Positions 27,509-41,795 of a stretch of DNA of 64,000 bases are shown here, one piece after another (position 1 is the stretch's first letter; each line of letters begins with the position of its first letter). A program made the position numbers and the translations under genes. Source of the stretch: Octopus vulgaris (taxonomy: Eukaryota). Location of the stretch: positions 38,130,001 through 38,194,000 of the forward strand of contig OX597832.1 of NCBI GenBank assembly GCA_951406725.2, written 5' to 3'. The notes beneath the pieces were generated by a model, which did not search any database, was not told the DNA's origin, and saw nothing but the letters and a program-made list of their open reading frames with translations.

Positions 27509-27800
27509 TCTACTACATATGTGGGAAATTCTGTCTGTGGGTTTGTGTGTGGAGTTGTTAGCTAACTCCTCCTACATCGTTTTATCGATTTTGATGAAAC
27601 TCGTCACGTGAGTAGAACTCAAGTTTGGAAACCTCAAGGCATACTCAGATTGTTAAAAAAAATCAATAATAGGGCCCTGGAAGGGATCCTTATGTATATA
27701 TAATACATTTTATTTTAAAAATCAAGGGAAATAACCCATTCGCTCCTGGAAGGTGTCCTTATATATAGCCAAGAGAAATAACCCGTTCATTTTCATAAAT
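27509..27800 (+). mobile_element. Possible Helitron/Helentron-derived (DINE-1-like) non-autonomous fragment
   Basis: TCTACTACATAT start, CTGTCTGT microrepeat, ATCGATTTTGATGAAAC motif, duplicated GAAATAACCC.TTC and CTGGAAGG..TCCTTAT subunits. Confidence 0.4.
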
Positions 27801-28474
27801 TATTTGGTAAAAAGGAAATTGAGCATGGATATATTTCTTAGTATTTGAAATGTTAGAGTTAATTTCACAATTTATCCAGTACAAGCCTTAAACAAGTAAG
27901 CAGTATTTTCCTAAACAATAGATACACTTATTTCAGTTAGTGACTTATTCACGAATATACCAACACTAGCGCCTCTGAAGGTAATATTCTCTGGGAATGC
28001 ACAAAAGCCCTTTTCAGAGTTATTTGCTTTGAATTGTTATTATCGCATATCTGATTAGCCTGTTATTACGTAACATGCTTCGCAATTTTAGTATACACAC
28101 CTTATTAGTATTTCCTCCTTTGAGAACGGAACCAAGGGATAAGACCTGCTTTCCCCAGAATTATCGGGTACCCGGTATTCGCAATATTTCATATATCAAC
28201 TCCTTGATATTTAATATTCTTTTCTGCTCTAGTTACAAAGCCCGAAATTTTGGGGAGGAGGCCAGTCGATTAAATCCATCCCAGTACGCAACTGGTACTT
28301 AATTTATCGACCCCGAAATAAATACCCATACGTTTATATCCGGAGCATACATGAGCAATATAAGTGTGCATGTGTGGACATACGAGCATAGACATTCACA
28401 TTTAAATATTCACATTTAATATATCTATTGTGTATATATGTATACACAATATTATATATGTATGTAAGTATCTA

Positions 28475-28515
<41 letters not shown>

Positions 28516-28520
28516 GTCTA

Positions 28521-29790
28521 GGGCTGGGCATGCCGTGGTTGATGATGCGCAGACACGCGATGAGACTGCGGCATCTCTGGCTCTATGTAGACGACGGTGA
28601 ACAGGTGTGGTCGCCGTTTGTGAGGCACGCTTTCCCGCAGCTCGTCTCCATGACCGAACTGCAGTCGTGGATCAAAAAGAGGCCGAGGAAGGGCGAATGG
28701 CACCGCGAGTGTCGCGTTGCTCTCAAGCAACTCTGCCGTCCTGGGTCGACCTTAAGTGACTTCAACACAACCAAAGCATTCTATAGGGGTTTAGTGGAGG
28801 GGAGGTACGACGACGAGCTCGGGGCGAACCTGGACGTCGACGAGGAGTACCTGACCCGCCTGTTCAGGACGACTTTCGGGCCAGGGCCCATGGACAACTT
28901 CCAGAGATCCCTGGCCTGGCAGTGCTACCGAGAAGCGCTACCCGTTCGGGATAAGCTCTACAGACACGGCTCGAGAAACACGGGGCCGACCTGCCCGAGA
29001 TGCGGTCAGAGCGACGAAACCGTTCTGCACGCACTCGTTCAGTGTCCAACAATTTCCGACCTGTGGGCTTATGTCGAACAACTGCTGTCACGTGTGGGAC
29101 GAGTCGGTTTATCAGCTGAGTCTATCGTCAATATTGTCACGACTCCTTCCTTCAAACGGGAAGGAAGAGCTATTTTCATCATCCTTGTGGCTATGGCGAA
29201 AGAATGTATCTGGTGGACGCGTCTGAAAGGATTGGAGACAAACACTTTCCTCTCTGGTCAATCTCTCATCAACTTCTTCAAGTACCACTTGAAAAGGAAA
29301 GTGAGAGTAGAGAGGCAAGTTTTGTCTAGCGAATGTTTTAAAAAAAGATGGGTGAATGTAGCAAGAATGGCACGTATGAATGACGAAGCCACCTTGAGCA
29401 TAGTCCTATGAACCCAGAAATCGAAAACAGAGAGTTGCTTATTTGCAAAAAAAAAAAAAAAAGAAATATAAAATGTGACATCATTGACCGAGGTTACCGT
29501 GGTCTTTTCCGTAGGCTTTTCTTTGCACGGGTAAACCTCACCTGTCCTCCCCTTTACACTTCATATTGACATTTCTGTGATAACGATCCCTATTGATCAA
29601 TTTTTTTTCCTCTCCCCCTTTTTTTTTAAACCCCCCTTTTTTTTGTCCTCTTTCTCTCCTTTTACGATCCCTTTTGATCGAAACTCCCCCTTCCTTTTTT
29701 TTTTTTTTTTTTCTTAAACCTTCAAAAGAAAAGCTCTACCTTGTAATTTGTTCTATCTGTGTGCAGCCCTGTGTGGCTAATAAAGAAACA
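28521..29790 (+). mobile_element. 5'-truncated L1/Tx1-clade LINE (end of ORF2 with zf-RVT, 3' UTR, AATAAA) inserted in (TATC)n
   Basis: Uninterrupted frame from GLG (28521) to a stop at 29411 with AWQCYREALPVRDKL and CPRCGQSDETVLHALVQC; AATAAA at 29779-29784; (TATC)n on both sides. The N-terminal 31 aa of the listed ORF are flank and microsatellite. Confidence 0.92.
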
Positions 29791-30003
<213 letters not shown>

Positions 30004-30559
30004 GTTTCATTCACACACATCAAAGTGCAAAGTACAAAATGCTGTATAGAAGTGGTTAGATTAATAAATAATCTGTGTCTTTCCTCTTCTTCCTTCTTCC
30101 TTTAATTTCTATTCAATGTTGCTGATTTTTTTCATTCTTTTTGTTTTTGTTTTTAGCTTGCATTTAACATATATTGTATTCCACAATCACAAATTGGATG
30201 TCTTTAAGAAAGTATGTCTATATAGTCGTTCCCCCTCCCCTCTTTATGTATGCATGTATTTATGTATGAATGCATATGTATGTATGCATGTATGCTTGTG
30301 TGTGCGTGCGTGTGTTCATGTATGTATGTATGTATGTATGTATGTATGTATGTATGTATGTTTATATGTATGTATGTGTGTGTCTGTGCACGTACTGCAA
30401 CACACAATACATATAGGTTTATATATATATATATGTATATATATATATGTATATATGCATATATGTATATATGTATATATATATGTATGTATGTATGTAT
30501 ATATATATATATGTGTGTGTATATATGTATATATATATATATGTATACACTCACACATA

Positions 30560-30605
<46 letters not shown>

Positions 30606-31108
30606 CATTCTTTAATTCATTTATTTATTTATCGCGTTCTTATCACCTGATTTCCCGCCACTTTGCCTCAGTTCTGCTACCATACTGCGCACATTTGATA
30701 GTTTGGTAGATTCTGCCATGAAAGTCGTGACTATTTTTGCTAATGAAGGTGTGAATATATTCCTGGACTGGGCATTCCAAAACAGTTGGATGTAGCGAGT
30801 CGAGATCCAGCATCACTATTCATCTATACCTAGCTTTATTATCATCCATTGCTGCTTTCTTTCTTGTTCAATTAATTTTTGTTCTCTTTTTTTTTTGTTT
30901 TTGACTCTTTGTTTGTCTTTTTTGTTGTGTAGTGTAGATGTGTATATAGGTGTGTACATGCTTGGAGGTGGGTAGTTTTTTTTTCTTTGGTAACGATTCA
31001 TGTTGTAATTATAATTATTACCATTATTGTTATTGTTAAAATTATTATTTTTATTGCTACTATTATTGTTAGTACAACTATTATCGTCGTTATTATTATT
31101 TTTCTCTT

Positions 31109-31164
<56 letters not shown>

Positions 31165-31166
31165 TT

Positions 31167-31201
<35 letters not shown>

Positions 31202-31548
31202 TGTCATCGTTGTCGTCGTCGACGTCATTATTATTATTATTGTTGTCGTTTGTGTTGCCATGGCTGTGTTTGTGCAGTGGTAGAGTATCCTTGCAATATT
31301 TAGCTTCGTTTTTCTACTCTCTGGGTTCAAATCTTGCCGAGGTCGACTTTTGAATTTCATCTGTTCAGAAGCGATAATTAACAACTAGTGCTTAACTAGT
31401 TCAATCGAGTACTTCAATCGAGGTAGACTTTAGTTTGTGATATCTTAATTATTATCATGTTGTTGTTCGCGTGTAATTATCACCGATGGTAGTCCGACTA
31501 TGGCTATTAAGTAGAAATATATTAATTAAAGGTGACTCACACACGATG

Positions 31549-31592
<44 letters not shown>

Positions 31593-31764
31593 ATGATTAT
31601 GATGATGATGGAAATGATGAAGATGATGTATTCATGATAATTACTGTCATTGTGATGATAAATGTGATAGGAGGGGTTGCTCTGTGCGCCAAAACGAATA
31701 AAAAATAGTAACTAATTCTAATTTTTGCACAAGGATAGTAAAACTAATAGTGATCCCTAATAAT

Positions 31765-31940
31765 GAGGTACAAGGCCTGAAACTTTTTAGGTGATAGATG
31801 TAGTAGATTACACCGACCCCAAATACTCAACTGGTACTTATTTTATCGAGCACCGAAGCGATGAACGGTGAAGTCCACCTCGACGGAAGCCGGAGCCTAG
31901 AAATTGATCAAATGCTGTTAAAAATTTTGTCAAGCGCGCT
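31765..31940 (-). mobile_element. Decayed SINE family A
   Basis: ACACCGACCCC...CAACTGGTACTTATTTTATCG. Confidence 0.7.
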
Positions 31941-31990
<50 letters not shown>

Positions 31991-32190
31991 CTACACCATA
32001 ATGGAGAAAGCTGCTTATTAATTAGGTATGTAACAATTACTAAAAGTACTAAAAGAAAGCAATTAATTAAGGGTTGACCTTCTGGAAATATTTTTATGAA
32101 TTCATGTTCTAAGAAATTACTTAGAATTTCGATTTCTGAAGTTTACTGAAATTTTTAACTCCAAATTCTCGCAAATTTAAATATTCATTG

Positions 32191-32515
32191 CATTCACTGC
32201 GTCCAATTTAAGTATTTAATCAATTATATGTTTATTCGTTTGCTCAGTCAATCAATCAACTGTAATTACGAAAGCTCTTTCGTCGCTTCTTGCAAACTCT
32301 TCACTGACAGGCCATCTCAACTCCACGTCTATTTTAGGGAGTAATGAGGGAATGTCATTGATGAGATCGTGATGGCGACCAAAGTGCTTTGGCAAATCAA
32401 AATGGTTGATTGATTGATTGATTGTCTGAACGATTAATCAATCTATTAGTTAACTGGTTGAATGGTTAACCAATTCACTAATAGTAATAAAGAAGTGAAA
32501 TTGAACCAGTGCATG
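32191..32515. repeat. Ancient degenerate fold-back (~325 bp)
   Basis: AAAGCTCTTTCGTCGC (32271) / GCGACCAAAGTGCTTT (32375); (TCAA)n / (TTGA)n; CATTCACTGCGTCCAATTT / AAATTGAACCAGTGCATG. Confidence 0.7.
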
Positions 32516-33519
32516 TGTTTATTATTGGTGTATTGACCCCACCGAAATACAGCAAAAAATCTTACAAACCAAATGCAAAAATGAAATGAATGTTATTTTT
32601 TATTGCTTTTAATGCGAATATAGAAGCAAAATAGTCTCGTAACCTGCGTTGATGCAAAAACTGCACATCTGCCGAGAACTGAAACAGAGTCGCAGAATTA
32701 GTTTTTGATAGCGGGCCTTCTGTTCCTAAACAATCACTGCAATGAGAATTTAAAATATCAATAAAACAAATATCAGATGTTATTTTCCAAAATTTTGCCC
32801 GTCAAAGAAAACAAACAGACACGCAAGGGAAATAAGTTGCAACAACAGTAACAGCAACAGCAGCAGTAGTAGTAGCAGTAGTAGTAGTAGCAGCAGCAGT
32901 AGTAGCAGTAGTAGCAGCAGTCAGACAACAAAAGAATAATGCAATTATGAAATGAGATTTGAATGTTATCAGTGACATAATCTTATGGTGTGGTGGATAA
33001 GAAGATAATTATGTTTAATGAATTATTTTTGTTAAAAAAAAAAAATCTATAAAATAAATGAATAAATAAATATTGCGATGGTTATAGGTAGATGGCTTCC
33101 TATAGATTGAGCCAAACAAATCTCACGCAAGGAAACCCCGTAGTTTGCCATCGCGAGTGAAGTGAAATCACATTGGCTTTTACGAGTTTATATTAATTGT
33201 GCGAGATTGCAAACCAAGATAGATATCAGTGGGACAATATCCAAAATCAAATGTGTGCATTGAAAGTGATGATGTTAAACGTTATCAGACATCTAGCTTA
33301 GGTTATGTCAATATCGTCATTAAATGATTAAACGCTCTCATGGGGTGCTCAAACACATGCGGCATTGAATTGTTGGCGCATTACTTGAAGTCCTCGTCTT
33401 CCTCTGATCTATATACGACATGCTGGGATGAACGGTTGAGAGCATTCCTATAGCTATGGTAGAAATTGAACCCAGTACTGCAAACTAATACAACACTCGT
33501 TAATTATATGGGGATTTGA

Positions 33520-33900
33520 AGGTAGCAAACTGGTAGAGTTATTACCGCCGCGGACAAAATGCTTCTGAGTTCAAAACTCGGCCACGGTTTACTTTGCTTC
33601 TGATTCTTTCGAGGCCCATGAAACAAGTACCTATTTCTTTATTACCCACAAGGGGCTAAACATAGAGGGGACAAACAAGGACAGACATAGGTATTAAGTC
33701 GATTACATCGACCCCAGTGCGTAACTGGTACTTAATTTATCGACCCCGAAAGGATGAGGCAAAGTCGACCTCAGCAGAATTTGAACTCACAACGTAACGA
33801 CAGACGAAATACGGCTACGCATTTCGCCCGGCGTGCTAACGTTTCTGCCAGCTCGCTGCCTTTATGAAACAAGTACCAGTTGTGCACTGGTGTCGATGTT
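33520..33900 (+). mobile_element. Old SINE A split by a younger antisense SINE A
   Basis: Host halves 33520-33631 and 33864-33900. Confidence 0.75.
33632..33863 (-). mobile_element. Young SINE A subfamily with LINE-like 3' tail; 14-bp TSD
   Basis: TSD ATGAAACAAGTACC at 33618-33631 and 33864-33877; matches 53503-53725. Confidence 0.92.
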
Positions 33901-35402
33901 TGACGCAGCAGATCGTTCTTTTTACATAGACAACCCCATTAACACTGAAGGTGATTGTAGCGAATGTACAATAGGTAAAGTTAAATAAGAATAAGGATAC
34001 GTCAAAAAGGACGTCCAGGGAGCAGTAATAAGGAACTGAAGAAATCATATTTTCGTATTTGCTCTTCAGTAATATAAATAGAAATCGCTGTGGATGAACG
34101 AGAGAGAGAATGAGATCTCAGAGAAGAAATTTTGCTTTATAAATTCATTATAATATAACCAGAAGAATCAAAATAATAAAAAAGTAAAGAAGTGAAAGAG
34201 CTTTATATTTTATGGTAGAATTATTGATAAAATGACACCCGACAACAAAATTCAATTATACTTTCTTTCTTTCTTTCTTTCCGGCCGTCTTTCTTTCTTT
34301 TCTTTTCTTTCTTGATTCCTTTTCCTTTTCACTTTCTTCCTTCCTTTCTTCCTCGTATGTATATTTGTTTTTAATTAAGTTGCTATCAGGTTGCTGCTAA
34401 TACAAACTTTGAAAATATATAAAATAAAATATCCAACAAATTTTGAAAAGAAACACACACACACACACACACACGCACACACACGCACAAACACAAACAA
34501 AACACACACACACGCAGATACCACACACGCATACACCCACATACCGACACGCACACACCCACATGCAGAATGACATATAAGATAAATTCTTGATTTATTG
34601 AAACTACTACCGTTTCCAGATAAGGTAAAAAAATCGGGTGCCAGAAATCGAAACCAACTCCAAATGATGGGGAATGATAATCCTAAGAATCAAGATTCCT
34701 CCAAAATTTATATCTCATAAAGGTAAGAAAATAAAAAAAAGACAAATCAATAAAAAGCAACAAACAATGATTGTCTAGGAAGAAGAGGACAGCTGTGGAC
34801 AAATATTTTGCCTCTGTAACCATCGTTAGTACAACAGTTGTCCCAATTTCTCTTCAGCTGAACAGAAACTTAAAAATTTAGAAAAAGAAAAAGAATGCAT
34901 TTAGAACCTACATAGTTTGCTCAATCTATAATATACATTGGACATGGGCGATCGTTGTATTCTTTCTTGTCTTGAGGTTCACAGCCAAACGGCTGGGTGG
35001 ATTCGCGGGAAAAACCGCACACATGTGGAGACGGGTGTATAGATTGGAATGCAGTTTGTATTTTTTCCTAGGCCCCATAGTTATCGAGAAAATGGATTAA
35101 AATTTTTTTCTAATCGAATTCCCCTGTCTGTTCCGCCGTTAAAACAACCAGTTGCTCACACAGCCGGCATATACCGTTTCGCTAGCAACAAGGGGAGCAC
35201 AGGATGACAGTCGGCCAAAACTTTCTCTATGCTGTCTCTCTTCTTTCACCTCTTTGTGGGGTTAATAATCTTAATCTTTAGTTACAGTTTCTCATTCAAA
35301 CTACATAATAGGTAGAATTGTCGGATTAAGACAGTAGGGTGTTTTGAGGCCTTTCTTTCTCACACACACACGGGCAAACACGCAAGCACACACGCAAAAG
35401 AT

Positions 35403-35635
35403 ATGGGTGTAAATGCAGATGAAATGATGGGCAAGGAAGTGTTTAACCAAAGAGCTGAGGAAAAGAGAAAAGAAGATCATCTTGAAATGAGAATGCATGG
35501 GAAGTTTGAAAGGAATACACAAGACGTTAAGGATAATACAGTATCGTGCACATGGCTTGAGCGAGGTGATTTGAAGCGTACCACCGGAAGCCTGATCATT
35601 ACTGCACAAGACTAAGCTCTCGCTACCAAGTCAGC
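35403..35635 (+). pseudogene. Decayed R4/Dong-type LINE ORF fragment
   Basis: MHGKFER...SCTWLERGDLKRTTGSLIITAQD*ALAT aligns with LHGKYC...SQQWLRSSGLKAETEGFLIAAQDQSLPT of the element at 172-1163. Confidence 0.8.
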
Positions 35636-35761
35636 GGAGTAAAGCATAGGACTACAGAAATATCTACTTCAGAACCAACGAAAACTAATACAAATAGCCA
35701 CAAAACACGAACAAATGAAAAAAAAAACTGTTTCTGTCTTTAAGGAAGATGACAAATACTC

Positions 35762-35912
35762 TTGTACTCTTTCGCCACAACTTTCTCTCACTCTCTCTTC
35801 TTGTTTCTTGAGTAACGCTGCGATGGACTGGCGTCCTGTCCAGCTGGGGGGAACACATACGCCACAGAAACCGGGAAACCGGGCCCATGAACTTGGCTAG
35901 GCTTGAAAAGGG
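35762..35912 (+). mobile_element. 3' half of SINE C/D subfamily
   Basis: TGTACTCTTTCGCCACAACTTTCTCTCACTCT is shared with 61928-61960. Confidence 0.75.
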
Positions 35913-36941
35913 CGACGTTTATCGTTTATATTGGAGCACTGGAATATGTAACACGCTGCCTAAGTACGAATCTTGCGAAATTAGGCTTCTCAAAACCAGA
36001 AAGGAGAAAGCTGATTCGAAGAGTACAGATCCAAGCCATTATCGGAACTGTAAAAAAACTGTAATACTTTCCAGAAGTTTATTATCTAAGTATATATGCG
36101 CATGTCTTGACATGTAACTATATGCATGGGAATACACACATAAAACAAAACATTGAAACCTGTAGATGCACTGACTCCAAATACTGCACATATGCACACA
36201 TCTGCACATTACTTGCATGCACCAGTAATGCCTGCGCTCGTATGTGTGTATGTATACTTGTTACAATAGGTAGCCGGGTGCATAATACTCTTCTGATTTT
36301 ACTCCAAAGCATACGTAAATAAATAAAATGAAATATATTCACAAGAAAAAAAAGGTGAAAAGTGACCCGAGGTCGAAACCTATAATCACCCTCTTCCTAT
36401 TCCGAAAGATTTGTCTTCCTACCCTTTAATATACGTGCCGCGAACATAATCTGTTTTTAATGTTTATTCCTTTAACGTATAACCTTATCGTACACATATG
36501 TAAGTTTTATGGTCATCTGACCAACTGACCAATCATTTATTTCTATTCAGTTCTGTTCAGCCGTGAAATCAAAGTGTTCAGTTGACTCTAATTTAGAGCA
36601 AGGGGGTTTAAGATGGTCGTTCACACTTAGCGATCTGATTATATATATATATATACACACACATATATATTTACGTACGTATGTATGTATGTATATATGT
36701 ATGTATGTATGTATGTATTTACGTACGTATGTATGTATGTATGTATGTATGTATGTATGTATGTGTACATATTGTATATATGTATGCATGCATATGTATA
36801 TACATGTATATTAATTGTTTTTAACTGTGGAACTTGATGTAAAGAAGCTATAAATGATGGCGTGTAAATATTAGATTATAAATTCCTCCGGCTACAAAAG
36901 GTCTAAAGCAGTGCTTATGTATGCGTGTGTGTATGTGTGTG

Positions 36942-36984
<43 letters not shown>

Positions 36985-37167
36985 ATGTGTGTACCTATAT
37001 ATATATATATATACATACACATACACACACATACACACGCGCGCATGCACACACACAAAGATAGATAGATAGATAGACAGTGCTAGCTATTTGAGAACAT
37101 AATTTTTTTTTTTAGTTATTACTGTTTTAAAATTAGCTTTATATCATTTATGTTTCAAAAAATAATA

Positions 37168-37965
37168 ATGGCAGACACCCAGTTTACTAAAGACATAAAA
37201 AGGCATTCTGTAATTGTGGCTTTAAGGGTGGATCAGACCGATTTATAGATAGATCAGTCTTGAAAAGTCGGTACATCTTTCTTATAAAAAGTTCGCAGAG
37301 CTCAGATAGAAAGGCATCTCCAGTATCGAAATGAAAAGAGCATTCCCGACGCTCCGGTACCATCAGAACATCCAAATTTATACGTTTAGCAGATCATTAA
37401 GGGAAACCCCAGAAAACCCATGAGGTAAATTGCATAAGATCTCCATGTATCATATGGGACAATCAGAAATATTGTCCACAAAGATAGAATAAGTACTGGG
37501 CTTACAAAAGAATAAGTCCCGGGGTCGAGTTGCCCGATTAAAGGCGGTGCTCCAGCATGGCCGCAGTCAAATGACTGAAACAAGTAAAAGAGTAAAAAGT
37601 AAAGAGTAATGATATCCGGTAAAAGTCTTACTTGATGAACAAGAAACATACGATCAGATCTAAGCGGTTATTTAACAAAGTAAAAAATCTGGAAGAGCAT
37701 GACATGATTTTGTTTTTCTTCAGATGAGAAAACTTTGACCAGGGCCAGAAGATTAAGAGAGAAAATGACACAGGATTAGGTTCTGACCCCGCTTCTGAAG
37801 TTGTAACAGTCGTGCACACAAAATTTTCTGCAACCGTCATGACTTTTGCAGTTGTCAGTAATGAATGGCATGTGATGACTCCTCACTTTATTCCACGAGA
37901 CTTTAGAGTTAATTCTGTTGCATATACTGGAGTCCTGGAAACCCTGTTGTCAAACCCTGGATATT
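37168..37965 (+). pseudogene. Decayed Tc1/mariner (maT/DD37D-like) transposase
   Basis: MADTQFTKDIKRHSVIVAL.., PRKPMR*IA*DLHVSYGTIRNIVHK (HTH-like), FF/SDEK, HTKFSATVMTFAVVSNE.HVMTPHF..RVNSVAYTGVLET../VKPWI; multiple stops and frameshifts. Confidence 0.82.
37484..37608 (+). mobile_element. SINE B 3' fragment inserted in the transposase
   Basis: ATAGAATAAGTACTGGGCTTACAAA...GGCGGTGCTCCAGCATGGCCGCAGTCAAATGACTGAAAC. Confidence 0.9.
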
Positions 37966-38340
37966 TCAGAGTTACCAAGGATAATTATCGATGGTCTATT
38001 TGAACAGTGATCATTCAACACGCATGGAAGATAAGTTTTTAACTGCCCATCTTCCTCTCTCTATTTGCCACCATCGGCCCAACGGCAAATTAGAAGCGTG
38101 TTGAGCTGTGAACGAAGCATGATTTTTCTTTCTCTTTAACTATTTTGAAATGTGTGTGTATATATATATAAATGCATATGCATATATATACATATATATA
38201 TATATATGTATCCATATATGTATGTTTGTGTGTATGTATGTAAGTGCGAGTGATTATGTGTGTATGTATATGTATGCGTGTGGTGCTTGCGTAAAAGCTA
38301 CGAAGAATAATCGAAGAATCTAGATGTGTGACTGTAAAAG

Positions 38341-39740
<1,400 letters not shown>

Positions 39741-39767
39741 ATGTATGTATATGTGTATGTATATGTG

Positions 39768-39824
39768 GACAGTAATATATCCTTCAGACAGTAATATATC
39801 CTTCAGACAGTAATATATCCTTCA
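39768..39824. repeat. 19-bp minisatellite x3 (GACAGTAATATATCCTTCA)
   Basis: Three exact units. Confidence 0.95.
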
Positions 39825-40635
39825 TACAAATTCACTACAAGGGACATAATTGTTCGTAATTGGTAGTTTTAGAAGTCTGAATATAGAATTAAGGAATAAA
39901 GAAGATGCGTTGAATATACACATTTAATGATTTTTTTTTCCTTTTGCTAACTTCTTTCGCATGTTTTAAAATTTCTAGTCTTAGCACCATTTCATTCATT
40001 TTAGAGACCCCCAGGATGGTTATAATACGAGGTATATAAATTAAAGATTTTATGAGGCGCGATATTTCTTATGAATGAGAAAATATTTGCAGTCTGAAAG
40101 AAATTCGTGGAATATGTGGAACTTTTTGGTATCTATATGCAGATTAACTGTTTCAAGTGGGTTCTACTGTGCGAAGGCATTCTTATAGTAACTTATATTT
40201 TAGCATTAACTGTGAAATTCACAAGCCGTCTTGTATGTATGTATGTATGTATGTATGTATGTATGTATGTATGTATGTATGTATGTGTATATATATATAT
40301 ATATGTATATTCTTTCGGGCTTAAATAGAAATTCCTGTGCGTGTGTTTATAAATATATGCATACACAAATACGTACACACACACACATATATATAAACTC
40401 ACACAAACATATATACATGCACACACACACACACACCTGTGTGTATAAAGTTGAACATTACGTTAGTATTTTAAATATGGATAAAAAGATCGAAGTCTGT
40501 AATTCTTAATAGTTTCAATCATTAATACAATAATAAATTGTCAATCTATGTGTCTATGTATGTATGTATGTATGTATGTATGTATGTATGTATGTATGTA
40601 TGTATGTATGTATGTATGTATGTATGCATGCATAC

Positions 40636-40713
<78 letters not shown>

Positions 40714-40796
40714 GGTCCCGGGTTGATTCGGGGTTAACCACAGTAAATAAGGTACTCAATACATAGCAGAGTAAAATTAATTTATTATATAGAAGG

Positions 40797-40841
40797 AGCT
40801 TCTACAGGACTAGAACTGTTTCATTCAAGAGAAATCATCAG
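40797..40841 (-). ncRNA. Truncated hammerhead motif in a PLE-like remnant (~40711-40935)
   Basis: Minus strand CTGATGA TTTC TCTT GAAT GAAA CAG TTCTAGTC CTG TA GAAGCT; 5' arm of stem I absent. Confidence 0.5.
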
Positions 40842-40931
40842 TGTAATAGTGTAATAAATAAAATATATGCATACGTACGGGTTCGTTCGATTCTTCGCTT
40901 CTTTCCGTTTCTTATCCTCCCAGTATTGTTT

Positions 40932-40978
<47 letters not shown>

Positions 40979-40980
<2 letters not shown>

Positions 40981-41427
40981 GCAATTCCTCGACTATCGCG
41001 GGGAGCGTTACGTTCTACTACACCCCACGATAGGAGAAAATCTGCGAAGTAGAAACAGTACTGTACTATATATATATTATTTTTATTATTTCTATGTATT
41101 TATTTTATTATAAATACAAAACAACACCACACACCCACCTCCCGAGTTTCGTTTTCCATACAGCATGTGTGATTCTTTGTTTACGTATCTTTTAATATAT
41201 TTTGATTAATGTGTTATACAGTGCAGTACTTTGTTGTATTTTTATTCATTAATTTATTGAATTTCTAGGCGTGAAAAATGCTTATTTTACCACAAAAACA
41301 ATTATTTCACCGCAGAAACCCGCCATATACTGAGGAGTTTGCGATGTAAATTTACATATATTCGCTAGAAAAGGCTAACAGTACTGAGGGTGCAATAGGT
41401 GAACCTCGATATGGCGAGTGATTACTG
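40979..41427. mobile_element. pogo/Tigger-like MITE
   Basis: TIRs CAGCAATTCCTCGACTATCG / CGATATGGCGAGTGATTACTG followed by TA, within (TA)n. Confidence 0.75.
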
Positions 41428-41454
41428 TAGATATATATATATATATATATATAG

Positions 41455-41745
41455 AAATATTAAAATAACTAAGTCTCTCTAAAAGAGAACAGCGGCAGCG
41501 TTCCCGGAAAATAATAGTTATCGCCATACTAATATGGCATTCTTATAAAAATAAGAAAAAAGCTGTCCGCTTATTAGCTCCATGAGGCCATCGCCTTAAG
41601 TTAGCTATTTGATACACAAACTGTATCCATGGATACAGTTTGTGTATCAAATAGCTAACTTAAGGCGATGGCCTCATGGAGCTAATAAGCGGACAGCTTT
41701 TTTCTTATTTTTATAAGAATGCCATATTAGTATGGCGATAACTAT

Positions 41746-41751
<6 letters not shown>
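41455..41751. repeat. Perfect 244-bp palindrome (41508-41751) with a 53-bp tail
   Basis: 122-bp arms with no spacer, centred on CCA|TGG (41629/41630); no mismatch found by eye. Confidence 0.95.

Positions 41752-41791
<40 letters not shown>

Positions 41792-41795
<4 letters not shown>

Noticed and set aside
28428-29411. 327-aa ORF as a host gene
   Set aside because: The start lies in flank and microsatellite sequence; the rest is a LINE ORF2 C-terminus with a decayed paralog at 11660-12282
35176-35189. RFX X-box-like GTTTCGCTAGCAAC (and NRF1-like TGCGCATGCG at ~53139)
   Set aside because: Single short motif matches with no promoter context
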